Positions 32,306 through 42,339 of a DNA stretch of 64,000 bases are shown here, piece after piece; position 1 is the stretch's first letter, and each line of letters starts with the position of its first letter. The position numbers were made by a program, and so were the translations under genes. The DNA comes from Planctomycetota bacterium (GTDB lineage: Bacteria; Planctomycetota; UBA1135; UBA2386), in NCBI GenBank assembly GCA_965223545.1, contig OZ245006.1, positions 5,280,001 to 5,344,000 of the forward strand, read 5' to 3'. The notes beneath the pieces were generated by a model. It made no database searches and had not been told where the DNA came from. It was given only the letters and a program-made list of their open reading frames with translations.

Positions 32306-34656
32306 CCGACCGGCGCTTCCAGCGCCAGCTGCGCGAGTGGTTCGACCGGATCGAAGCGGCGCAGCGGAGCGAGTGGCCTGACTTGCTCGAGCGCGCCGAG
32401 TGCGACGCCGCCGGGTTGCGTGCGGAGCTCGAGGCGCTGCTGCCGGTCGACGCGCTGCCGGACGCCATCGGCGGCTACCGCGTGCTCGGTCTGCTCGGGC
32501 GGGGCGGGTTCAGCTCGGTCTACCGCGCGGCACAGGAGCACCCGGTGCGCCGCGAAGTCGCCATCAAGGTGCTTGACCGCGGATCCGATCCCGCTGCCCT
32601 GCGGCGGCTGCTTTCGGTCGAGCGCGCGGCGCTCGAGCAGCTCGATCACCCGGGCGTGGCCAAGATTCTCGACGTCGGTGAGACCGAAGCCGGCCAACCG
32701 TTCTTGGTCATCGAGTACGTCGAGGGCGACAGTCTCGTCGAGCACTGCCGTCGCCGTGGAATCGATCTACGCCAGCGCATCGCGCTGATGCTGGAGGTCG
32801 CCGAGGTCGTGCGCCACGCGCACAGCGCGGAGGTCATCCACCGGGATCTCAAGCCGACCAACATCATGGTGCGCGCCGTCGACGGCTCGCCGGTCGTGCT
32901 CGACTTCGGCATCGCCAAGCACCTGACCAAGCCGTCGACCGGGATGACCGGCCAGCTGCTGCTCGGCACGCTGGGCTACATGGCGCCGGAGCAAGTGTTG
33001 GGCCAGCCCGCGCGCACCGCGGTCGACGTCTACGGGCTCGGGGCGACGCTGTTCGAGTTGGCGGCCGGGCGGCCGCCGGTCGCCGGCCGGTCGGACCTCG
33101 ACGTCGCGCACTCCGTGTTGCACGAACCCGCGCCGCGGTTGGCCCGGTCGGCGGCGACGCCCTGGTTGGCCTCGGCGCCCGCCGCCCTGCGGCGCGATCT
33201 CGACATCGTGCTACAGACCGCATTGGCCAAGGAGCCCGAGCGGCGGTACGAGACGGTCGCCGCGTTTGCCGCCGATCTGCGCCAGTTGCTGGCAGCCGCG
33301 CCGGTCGCCGCCCATCCGCCCAGCTGGCAGTACCAGCTGCGCTGTTTTGCGCGCCGGCACCGCGCCGTCGTGCTCGCGGCCGCCGCGGTGGTGATCGCCG
33401 TGGTGGGGGGCGTCAGCGCGTTGGTGTACGGGTTGGGCCAGGCGCGTGCCGAGCGTCGCGATCAACAGGCGATCAACGCGTTCTTGTTCGAAGACGTGCT
33501 GGCCCCGGTGTCCATGGACCGTCTCGGCCCCAGGGTGACCGGCCTCGACCTGATGCGGCAGGCCGGTGCGCGCATCGACCAGCGGTTCTCCGCCTCGCCC
33601 CATCTCGCGCGGCGGCTGCACCTGACCTTTGCCGAGCTGATGACCGAGATGCAGGCGTTCACCGCGGCGGACGAGCACCTCGACGGTGCGGCGCGGCTGC
33701 CGGCGGTGGATGCGGCGGATCGTCTCCGGCTGCCGGTCGCCCGCGCCGGGCTGATGTTGCAGCGCGAACAGAACCAGCAGGCCCTGGCGCGGCTGCCGGG
33801 CTTGGTCGAGGAGTGTGTGCAGGCGTTGGGCGAGCTCCACTCGCTGTCGCGGCGCGCGCTGCTGGCCCACGCGCAGGCTCGGCTGGCGGTCGACGAGTTC
33901 GCTGCAGCCGAGGAGCTCGCCGGGCGTGCGCTCGCCCTCCATGGCCGAGTGGGCGATGCACCCATCGCGGAAGTCCGCGCCGCCGGGGTGTTGGCATGGG
34001 CGACGGGGGGCAGGGGCGACACCGCTGCCGAGATCGGCTTGCTCGAAGAGGCGCTGGCGCGCGTCGATGCGCTGGCGACGCCGGCGCGGGGGTTGCTGAC
34101 CGAGATCTCGCACAACTTGGGCGTGACGCATTTGGCGGCCGGAGAGGTCGACCGTGCCGTTCCCCATCTGCAGCGCGCCGCGGAGGTCGCGGCAGAGATC
34201 TTGCCGGCGCAGCACGGCAGCCGGATTGCCATCGAGGATGCCCTGGCGGGCGTGCTGTTCGCGCGCCGCGACTACGCCGAAGCCGCCGCGCTGCGGCGCC
34301 GCCTGGTGGTCGAGCGCACCGCGTTGCTGGGGGCGACCGCCGAGCCGACGCTGCGCACCCGGCTCAACTTGGGCCTCTCGCTGCAGGCCGCCGGTGAGGC
34401 GGCGGCGGCGATCGACTGCCTGGAGGAGGCGTTGGCCGCCGCGCGCGGGGTCGAGGCGCCACCGGTCTTGGTCGCCAGGCTGGAGAACGGCCTGGCGCAC
34501 GCGCTGGTCGACCAGGACCGGGACGCCGAGATCGTCGGTCTCCTGGTGTCGGCTGTGCCGGTGCTGCGGCGCTATCTCGATGCCACGCATCCGACCGTGG
34601 TGGCCGCCGTGCGGCTCGCGGCGCGCTATCCGGAGACTGGCATCGGCGGACCCTGA
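32302..34656 (+). CDS. Hanks-type Ser/Thr kinase with TM segment and C-terminal TPRs
   Basis: 'LGRGGFSSVY', 'VAIK', 'IHRDLKPTNI', 'DFGIAK', 'GTLGYMAPEQ'. ATGA overlap with the ECF gene. Confidence 0.93.
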   Translation: MTDRRFQRQLREWFDRIEAAQRSEWPDLLERAECDAAGLRAELEALLPVDALPDAIGGYRVLGLLGRGGFSSVYRAAQEHPVRREVAIKVLDRGSDPAALRRLLSVERAALEQLDHPGVAKILDVGETEAGQPFLVIEYVEGDSLVEHCRRRGIDLRQRIALMLEVAEVVRHAHSAEVIHRDLKPTNIMVRAVDGSPVVLDFGIAKHLTKPSTGMTGQLLLGTLGYMAPEQVLGQPARTAVDVYGLGATLFELAAGRPPVAGRSDLDVAHSVLHEPAPRLARSAATPWLASAPAALRRDLDIVLQTALAKEPERRYETVAAFAADLRQLLAAAPVAAHPPSWQYQLRCFARRHRAVVLAAAAVVIAVVGGVSALVYGLGQARAERRDQQAINAFLFEDVLAPVSMDRLGPRVTGLDLMRQAGARIDQRFSASPHLARRLHLTFAELMTEMQAFTAADEHLDGAARLPAVDAADRLRLPVARAGLMLQREQNQQALARLPGLVEECVQALGELHSLSRRALLAHAQARLAVDEFAAAEELAGRALALHGRVGDAPIAEVRAAGVLAWATGGRGDTAAEIGLLEEALARVDALATPARGLLTEISHNLGVTHLAAGEVDRAVPHLQRAAEVAAEILPAQHGSRIAIEDALAGVLFARRDYAEAAALRRRLVVERTALLGATAEPTLRTRLNLGLSLQAAGEAAAAIDCLEEALAAARGVEAPPVLVARLENGLAHALVDQDRDAEIVGLLVSAVPVLRRYLDATHPTVVAAVRLAARYPETGIGGP

Positions 34657-34724
34657 CCGGCCGGGCGCCGTGGCGCCAAGGGTCTCCCCTTGTGCCGCGC
34701 GCGTCGATCGCCACGATCACGGCC

Positions 34725-35906
34725 ATGGACCGGATCTGCATCGTCGGGGCCTGCCGGACGCCGATCGGCAAGTTTTTGGGCACGTTGTCGCCGCTCGGTG
34801 CCGTCGATCTCGGTGCCGCCGCGGTGCGCGCCGTCTGCGATCGCGCCGGCGTGCCGGCGGCCGACGTCGACGAGGTCATTCTCGGCCAGGCGCGTCAGCT
34901 GGGCTCTGGCCCCAACCCCGCTCGGCAGGTGGCGATCCGCGCCGGCGTGCCCGAGACCGCGCCGGCGATGACCATCAACAAGGCGTGCGGCTCGAGTCTC
35001 AAGGCCGTCGACCTCGCCCGCGCAGCGCTGCTGTTGGACGGCCGGCGCATGGTGGTGGCGGGCGGCATGGAGAGCATGACCAACATCCCGTTCCTGTTGC
35101 CGCAGATGCGCCACGGCTACCGGCTGGGGCACGCGCGCGCGGTGGACGGCAACTACCGGGATGGCTTCACCTGCGGCATCCTCGACGAGCCGATGGGGAT
35201 GACGGCCGAGTACTTGGCCGACGACTACGGCATCGACCGGGACGAGCAGGATCGCTACGCGGTGCGCAGCCAGCAGCGCGCGGAGGCGGCGCAGAAGGCC
35301 GGCGCGTTCGCCGCCGAGATCGTGCCGATCGAGGTGCCCGGCCGGCGCGGCGCGGTGACGACGCTGGCGCACGACGAGCACGTGCGCCACGGCGCCACCG
35401 CCGAGGGCATGGCCAAGCTGCCGCCGGTGTTTCGCGCCGAAGGCGGCACGGTGCACGCCGGCAATTCCTCCGGCATCACCGACGGCGCCGCCGCGCTGTT
35501 GCTGACGACCGAGGCCGAAGCCGAGCGCCGCGGGCTGACGCCGCTGGCGTTCGTCGGTGCCTCGGCGGTCGCCGGGGTCTCGCCGCGCATCATGGGAATC
35601 GGCCCGGTGCCGGCGGTGCGCGCGCTGTGTGAGAAGAGCGGGCGCGCGCTGGCCGATTTCGACTTGATCGAGCTCAACGAGGCGTTCGCGGCCCAGGTGA
35701 TCGCCTGTGACCGCGACCTGGGCCTCGATGCCGACAAGCTCAACGTGCACGGCGGGGCGATTGCCCTGGGCCACCCGATCGGCGCCACCGGCGCGCGCAT
35801 CGTCGTCACTTTGCTGCACGCGATGAAGCGTCACGACGCGCGGCACGGCCTGGCCACCCTTTGTATGAGCGGTGGAATGGGGATGGCGGTCGCGTTCGAG
35901 CGCTGA
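34725..35906 (+). CDS. Acetyl-CoA C-acyltransferase (thiolase)
   Basis: 'TINKACGS', 'GNSSGITDGAAA', 'NEAFAAQ', 'GHPIGATG', 'LCMSGGMG'. Confidence 0.95.
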   Translation: MDRICIVGACRTPIGKFLGTLSPLGAVDLGAAAVRAVCDRAGVPAADVDEVILGQARQLGSGPNPARQVAIRAGVPETAPAMTINKACGSSLKAVDLARAALLLDGRRMVVAGGMESMTNIPFLLPQMRHGYRLGHARAVDGNYRDGFTCGILDEPMGMTAEYLADDYGIDRDEQDRYAVRSQQRAEAAQKAGAFAAEIVPIEVPGRRGAVTTLAHDEHVRHGATAEGMAKLPPVFRAEGGTVHAGNSSGITDGAAALLLTTEAEAERRGLTPLAFVGASAVAGVSPRIMGIGPVPAVRALCEKSGRALADFDLIELNEAFAAQVIACDRDLGLDADKLNVHGGAIALGHPIGATGARIVVTLLHAMKRHDARHGLATLCMSGGMGMAVAFER

Positions 35907-36045
35907 AGTCCTCGCCGGCGTTGAGGCGGTCGCCGTGCCGCCCTACATTGGCCCGCGCCGGAGCCGTGGCCGAGGCTGGTGCTCGGTCGGAGGCTTCGAT
36001 TCTGCCCTGTCGAGGGCATGGTCGAGGGCACTGATGATTTTGCCG

Positions 36046-36981
36046 ATGAACACATTCTGCAGCTTGGTGGTCGCCGCGGTCGCGGCGGCCGGTCTCTCCG
36101 GGCAAGACGCCGTCAAGGCGACGTTGAGCCCCGTCACTGAAGTGCTGTCCGTGGGGCAAACCGCGGAGTTCGTCTTGCGCGTCGAAGTGCTGGAGGACAC
36201 CGAGCTCAGCGCGACGGTGTTGTCGGGCATGCAGCTCGAAGTCGTGGTCGGGGATGCCGCGCCGGCGATGATCGGCCGCGCCCTCGACGGCACGGTGAAG
36301 GTCGCGGCGGGCACCGTCGTCGAGCGTCGGCTCGCGGTGGACGTGCCCGCGCCGGCGGAGGCGGGCACCGGCTTGACGCGGGTCGGGGTCACCTGGCCCG
36401 GAATCTCCGGGGCGACCACTTCGCTGCGCATCGCGCCCGACCAGAGTGGCATCGACGTCGAGACGCTCGACCTCGAGAAGACCCAGGTCCTGCTGGTGAC
36501 CAATTTCGGCAGCATGACCGTCGGCTTCTTGCCGGACGACGCGCCGAACCACTCCAAGAACTTCATCAAGCTGGCGAAGTCCGGCTTCTACGACGGCACG
36601 CGGTTCCACCGCGTGATGCGCGGCTTCATGATCCAGGGCGGTTGTCCCAACACCAAGGAGGGCGCGACCGGAACGCCCGGTACCGGCAACCCCGGCTACA
36701 CCATCGATCGCGAGGTCAGCGATGTCCGCCACAACCGGGGCGTGCTGTCGATGGCGCGCGGGCCGGACCCGAACTCCGCCGGCAGCCAGTTCTTCGTCCT
36801 GCACGGGGCGGCGCCGTGGCTCGACGGCGAGTACTCCGCGTTCGGCAAGTTGGCGGCGGGCGAGGACACGCTCGACAAGATCGCCGACGTTCCCGTCACC
36901 GCAAGTCCCACCGGTGAGGCATCGGTGCCGACCGTGGCCGTCCATCTGCACCGCGCGATCGTGTTGCCGGTCGCCAAGTGA
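36046..36981 (+). CDS. Exported cyclophilin-type peptidyl-prolyl isomerase with extra N-terminal domain
   Basis: Signal-like N-terminus; 'FYDGTRFHRV..FMIQGG', 'LSMAR..NSAGSQFF'. Confidence 0.9.
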   Translation: MNTFCSLVVAAVAAAGLSGQDAVKATLSPVTEVLSVGQTAEFVLRVEVLEDTELSATVLSGMQLEVVVGDAAPAMIGRALDGTVKVAAGTVVERRLAVDVPAPAEAGTGLTRVGVTWPGISGATTSLRIAPDQSGIDVETLDLEKTQVLLVTNFGSMTVGFLPDDAPNHSKNFIKLAKSGFYDGTRFHRVMRGFMIQGGCPNTKEGATGTPGTGNPGYTIDREVSDVRHNRGVLSMARGPDPNSAGSQFFVLHGAAPWLDGEYSAFGKLAAGEDTLDKIADVPVTASPTGEASVPTVAVHLHRAIVLPVAK

Positions 36982-37570
36982 AGCAGGAGCGATTGATGAT
37001 CGATCTCGACAATCACGACCTCGGCACTCTCGAGGCCGTGTTCGCCACCGACAAGGGTGAGCTGGTGTTCGGCTTCTACCCCGAGCAAGCGCCGGGGCAC
37101 GTCAAGAACTTCCTCGAGCTCGCGCAGAAGGGCTTCTACGACGGGCTCGCCTTCCACCGCGTGGTGCGCAACTTCATGGTGCAGGGCGGATGTCCCAACA
37201 CACGTGAGGGAGAGGGCGGCATGCCCGGCACCGGGGGGCCCGGCTACCAGATCGATGCGGAGTTCAGCGACCTGCCGCACCATCGCGGGGTGCTGTCGAT
37301 GGCGCGCAGCCGCGATCCCAACTCGGCGGGCAGCCAGTTCTTCATCGTCCACGCCGAGCACGCCACCCACCTCGATGGCCAGTACACGGTGTTCGGCTTC
37401 ATGAAGGACGGCCACGACGTGCTCGACGAGTTGGCGGGCGTCGACGTCGACTTCGGTCCCGGCGGCGAGCGCAGCGTGCCCAAGGAGCGCATCGGCCTGC
37501 AGTCGGTATCGGTGCGCGAGGCGCCGGCCGAGGCACCCGCCGACGGCGGAGCGACTGAGGGGGAGCAGTC

Positions 37571-37574
<4 letters not shown>
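36978..37574 (+). CDS. Cytoplasmic cyclophilin-type peptidyl-prolyl isomerase
   Basis: 'FYDGLAFHRV..FMVQGG', 'SAGSQFF', 'HLDGQYTVFG'. Confidence 0.92.
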
Positions 37575-38337
<763 letters not shown>

Positions 38338-38356
<19 letters not shown>

Positions 38357-39561
38357 GCAGCGACGGCGGGCCCTCGCCGTTCGGCGAGCTCGTCGCGGCG
38401 CCATCGGGATCTCCGCTGGCGTTGCTGCACTCCGGCGGCCGTGGACCCAGCCACCTGTTCGTCGACCCCGTCGAGGCGCTGACGGTGGTGGCGGCCGATT
38501 GGCCGATCGCATGGGAGCAGCTCGAGGCGTTTCTCGCGCGTCACGCGCAGCGGGCTTGTGTCGGCTATCTCGGCTACGACCTGCGCGATGCGGTCGAGCC
38601 GCTGCCGCGGTCGATCGAGGAGGACTTCGAAGTGCCGGTGTTGCACTTCGCCGCTTACGACGGCCGTCGAACCTGGCCCGCCGCGCCGGTCCCCGCGCCG
38701 GCGTCGACGGGCGATTCCGCGCATGACGTGCGCCCGCATACGAGCCGCGCGGACTACGAGCGGCGGGTTGCCCGCGTCGTCGAGCACATCCGCGCCGGCG
38801 ACTTGTTCCAGGCCAATCTGACCCAACCGTTCTCCGGCGAGTACCGCGGCGACGCACGCCAGCTGTTTTGGCGACTCTGCGCCGCGAGCCCGGCACCCCA
38901 GGCGGTCTACCTCGAGACCGGCACCGGGGTGGCGGTGCTGTCGTCGTCGCCGGAGGAGTTCTTGCACCTCGACGGCCGGGCGGTGCGCACCCGGCCGATC
39001 AAGGGGACGCGGCCGCGCGCCGCCGACCCCGCGCGCGATGCGGCCCTGCTGGCGGCGCTGCGCCGCAGCGAGAAGGACCAGGCGGAGCTCGCGATGATCG
39101 TCGACCTGATGCGCAACGACCTGGGCAAGGTGGCGGAGATCGGCTCGGTGCGCGTCGGTCCGTTCCCCGAGCACGACACGTTTGCCCAGGTGCACCACCT
39201 GTTCGCCACGGTCTCGGCGACGCTGCGCAAAGACGTCGGCATCGTCGACTTGCTGCGCGCGACGTTCCCGCCCGGCAGCATCACCGGGGCGCCCAAGCTG
39301 CGGTGCATGGAGCTGCTCGAGGAGCTCGAGCTGGTGCGGCGCGGGGTCTACACCGGCGCGATTGGTTGGATCGGTCCGGGTGCGAGGCTGCACCTCAACG
39401 TCGCCATCCGGACGATGGTGGTCCGCGAGGGGCGGGTGCGCTTCAACGTCGGCGGTGGGATCACCGCCGACAGCGACCCCGCATCCGAGTACGAGGAGAC
39501 GCTGCACAAGGCCGCCGGCATGCTGCGCGCGCTGGGGTGCGAGCCCGAGGGGGTGGAGTGA
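38338..39561 (+). CDS. pabB: Aminodeoxychorismate synthase component I (chorismate-binding)
   Basis: 'GDLFQANL', 'SSSPEEF', 'PIKGT', 'MIVDLMRNDL', 'PPGSITGAPK'. Start position approximate; followed by a pabC-like gene. Confidence 0.8.
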
Positions 39562-40385
39562 GTGTCGCCGCACGCCGTGTGTGGCTCGACGGCGTGTGGG
39601 TTCCCGCTGGTACCCCCGGCGTCCCGGTCGACGACCCCGGCTTCTGCCTCGGGCTCGGCCTGTTCGAGACGATGGGCGCCGAGGGCGGAGAGCTGCCGCT
39701 GTGGGAGGCCCACTGTCGGCGGCTGGCGGCGAGCGCGGCGGTGTTCGGCTTGCCGCCGGAGTTTCCGGCCGAGCTGCGCGTGGCCGCTGCCGCGCTGCTG
39801 CGACACAACGGCCACGAAGACGGCATCCTGCGGTTGTCGCTGGCGGGTGCGGCCGGCGGCGGGGCGCGCTGGTCGATGACGACCCGCGACCGCTCGCGGC
39901 GGCCGGCGCCGGTGCGGCTCAGCGCGGTGCGCACCGGGCGTTCGCCGGCCGACCCGACCTTGGCGCACAAGTGCGCTTCGCGCGCAGCCCTGGTCATTGC
40001 CCAGCGGCGCGCCCTCGCGCGCGGCGCCGACGACGCGCTGCTCCTCGATACGAAGGGCCGCGTCCTGGAGGCGGGCAACGGCAACGTGTTCTGGATCGGA
40101 GTCGACCGCGTGCTGCGCACGCCGCAGGCCGACGGTGCGCTGCTGCCGGGCATCGCTCGCGGTGTGCTGCTGTCTGCCTGGGCGGGAGACGGCGGCGATG
40201 TCGAAGAGGTCGACAGCGGAATGGATGATCTGGATCGGGCCGACGTGATCTTGGTCACCAACGCGGTCTACGGCCCGCGGATTGCCGTGCTCGGCGACGG
40301 TGCCGCGCCGACCGAGCGCGGGGCGGAAGCCGCCGAGCGCGCCGCGGTGCTGTGGCGTCGCCGTCTGGATGCGGAGTCGCGGTAG
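39558..40385 (+). CDS. pabC: Aminotransferase class IV / 4-amino-4-deoxychorismate lyase
   Basis: 'GLFETM', 'H.RRL', 'AHK', 'LEAGNGNVF', 'LLPGIAR'. Confidence 0.75.
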   Translation: MSVAARRVWLDGVWVPAGTPGVPVDDPGFCLGLGLFETMGAEGGELPLWEAHCRRLAASAAVFGLPPEFPAELRVAAAALLRHNGHEDGILRLSLAGAAGGGARWSMTTRDRSRRPAPVRLSAVRTGRSPADPTLAHKCASRAALVIAQRRALARGADDALLLDTKGRVLEAGNGNVFWIGVDRVLRTPQADGALLPGIARGVLLSAWAGDGGDVEEVDSGMDDLDRADVILVTNAVYGPRIAVLGDGAAPTERGAEAAERAAVLWRRRLDAESR

Positions 40386-40451
40386 CGCATCGGTTGGCCG
40401 CGCACGCCGGTTCACTCAACCTGGAGCCGGCAAAGCGCCGATGGCGTCGGC

Positions 40452-41033
40452 ATGGCGAAGACGGCGCAACGGATCGAGACTCCCTCTCCCTCTCCGACCG
40501 CTCCCCGCGAGCGTCGGCCCTTCGCGCGACTCGAGCCGACCACCGGCTCGGCCGCGCTGCCCGGTGAGCTGCACCAGGGCCTCACCAATCTCGAGCTCTG
40601 TGTCGGCACGCAGATCGCGATGCTGACCCGAGCGCTCGTCACCTACACCCTGACGGCCGGTCGGGCCGACACCATCGGCCGTCGCACGCCGCCGACGATC
40701 AGCGTGCTCAACCGCCGCCGCCGCGCCGCACGCCTCTGGATCCAAGCGATCCTCGCCGGCCGCGTCGACGACGACACCCGGCACACGGTCGCCACCTCGT
40801 TGATGCCCAAGCTGATCGGTTGCGGCCCCGAGATCCACCGCGCCGAGCGCGCGGGCGAGCTCCTCGTCGAGTACGTGCGCGGCGCCATGCACGCGGCCAT
40901 CCTCGATCGTCCAGCGGCCAACCTGGTCCCCGAAGCGGCGGCCATCCACGCCCTGGACACCGTGCTGGCCAACCACCTCGACGCCTTCGTCCAAACCGCG
41001 CGCGCCCGCCGCCAGGCGGCGCACACCGAGTAG
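40452..41033 (+). CDS. Hypothetical helical protein (possibly protoglobin-like fold)
   Basis: 193-aa ORF followed by a terminator. 'LWIQAILAGRVD' is only weakly reminiscent of protoglobins. Confidence 0.5.
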   Translation: MAKTAQRIETPSPSPTAPRERRPFARLEPTTGSAALPGELHQGLTNLELCVGTQIAMLTRALVTYTLTAGRADTIGRRTPPTISVLNRRRRAARLWIQAILAGRVDDDTRHTVATSLMPKLIGCGPEIHRAERAGELLVEYVRGAMHAAILDRPAANLVPEAAAIHALDTVLANHLDAFVQTARARRQAAHTE

Positions 41034-41061
41034 CGCGCAACCCAAACCCCGAGGCCCGTCC

Positions 41062-41108
41062 CGGCGCGCGGCCCCCCCGGGCGGTGGGGGCCGCGCGCCG
41101 TTTCTTTC
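41062..41108 (+). terminator. Rho-independent terminator
   Basis: 15-bp stem CGGCGCGCGGCCCCC/GGGGGCCGCGCGCCG followed by TTTCTTT. Confidence 0.8.
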
Positions 41109-41163
41109 GCCGCCTCGCCCTTGCGGCGACGGTGGGGCACGCCTAGAGTTCCCCGCCCCCTGC

Positions 41164-41240
41164 GTACCGGTAGCTCAATTGGATAGAGCACCTGACTACG
41201 GATCAGGAGGTTGGGGGTTCAAGTCCTCCCCGGTACGCCA
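41164..41240 (+). tRNA. tRNA-Arg (ACG), integration target
   Basis: Acceptor GTACCGG/CCGGTAC, anticodon arm CCTGA-CTACGGA-TCAGG, GGTTCAAGTCC, 3' CCA. Confidence 0.97.
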
Positions 41241-41307
41241 CTCCAAGTGCCGGTGACATCGAAGGTTGTCGCCGGTCCTTGTTGAGTCTCGGTCCAGTGC
41301 TTCAGCG

Positions 41308-41330
41308 GCTGAGGTAGGGAATAGGTAGGT
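41308..41330. promoter_or_regulatory. Putative integrase arm-type binding site (left)
   Basis: GCTGAGGTAGGGAATAGGTAGGT matches 58893-58915 at 22/23; both copies lie just inside the att cores. Confidence 0.7.
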
Positions 41331-41388
41331 TGTCCGCGATTCTACCTGGTGGCGTCCCGTCCTGCGACGATCCCGCGCCGACCGCCGC

Positions 41389-41976
41389 ATGGATGCGCAG
41401 CGCGGGGTAGCGTTGCGTATGAGGGGAAACCGCAATGAACGGTCGGGAACGGTCGCCGGTGAACGGTGGGCACGGCACTACGTCAGCCGGAGCGAGGCGC
41501 TGGACGTGATCAGCAGGCGCGGCGACAACCTCGCCTTGCCGCGCTGCGTCGCCGAGGACCCCGACGAGTGGGCGGGCGTTGTCAACCCGTCGCGCGAGTT
41601 CGTCGCCGCGTTCTACAGGGCCGCCACCGACGTGCTAGAGAACGAGATCGCCGAGGAGATGATCTTCGCGGGGATCCCGCACGAGGGTTTGTGGGTCACC
41701 AGTCTTGACCGCGCCTGGATCCGGCCAGAACGTGCGGCCGAGGCGGTAGCCTGGCTCCGCGAGCGCGGCGTCCGTCCGCGCAAGGGCAAGTTCAAGAGCC
41801 GAGAACTCGGCCGGGCCCTGCGCCGGCTCGGCGTGGACTTCGCCGACGACCCCGTTCTGTGGTCTGACGGTGCCTTGTTCGAGATCGACTCGCGTCTCAG
41901 AGTGAGCCGAAAAACTCACAACCCGGGCCGTCGCCTGGTGGCCCGTTCCGACCCGGGCTATAATCAAAGAAACTAG
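41389..41976 (+). CDS. Hypothetical protein (element)
   Basis: 195-aa ORF with coding-like GC3; start uncertain. Confidence 0.5.
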   Translation: MDAQRGVALRMRGNRNERSGTVAGERWARHYVSRSEALDVISRRGDNLALPRCVAEDPDEWAGVVNPSREFVAAFYRAATDVLENEIAEEMIFAGIPHEGLWVTSLDRAWIRPERAAEAVAWLRERGVRPRKGKFKSRELGRALRRLGVDFADDPVLWSDGALFEIDSRLRVSRKTHNPGRRLVARSDPGYNQRN

Positions 41977-42114
41977 TTGCAGCCCGGGCCTGCCTCGCCC
42001 GGGTGATCGCGAGCAAGTGGAACGAGCGGGCGGCGATGGCGTCGCAAAAGGCCGCTCTTAGTTGGGGCTTCGATGTAGCGGCTCGTGGCAGAAACCTGAG
42101 AAGGAATCTGTCAG

Positions 42115-42339
42115 ATGAACCGTTCCGAGAACGCTGTCGCCCGATGGGTGGCGACAAAGGCTGCCGCGACATACGTCGGTCTGCACGAAGACACGCTTAG
42201 AAAACTCCGCCGCACGGGCGGCCCGCGCTACGCGCGCGTCGGGGGCGCAATCCGGTATGACATCCGCGAGTTGGACGCCTGGATGGGCGAGCAAACGTTC
42301 GCCAGCACCGCCGAGGAAGCGGCAGGGGGTGCCAAGTGA
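42115..42339 (+). CDS. AlpA/excisionase-type HTH protein
   Basis: 'AAATYVGLHEDTLRKLRRTGGPRYARVGGAIRYDIRELDAW'. Confidence 0.85.
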   Translation: MNRSENAVARWVATKAAATYVGLHEDTLRKLRRTGGPRYARVGGAIRYDIRELDAWMGEQTFASTAEEAAGGAK

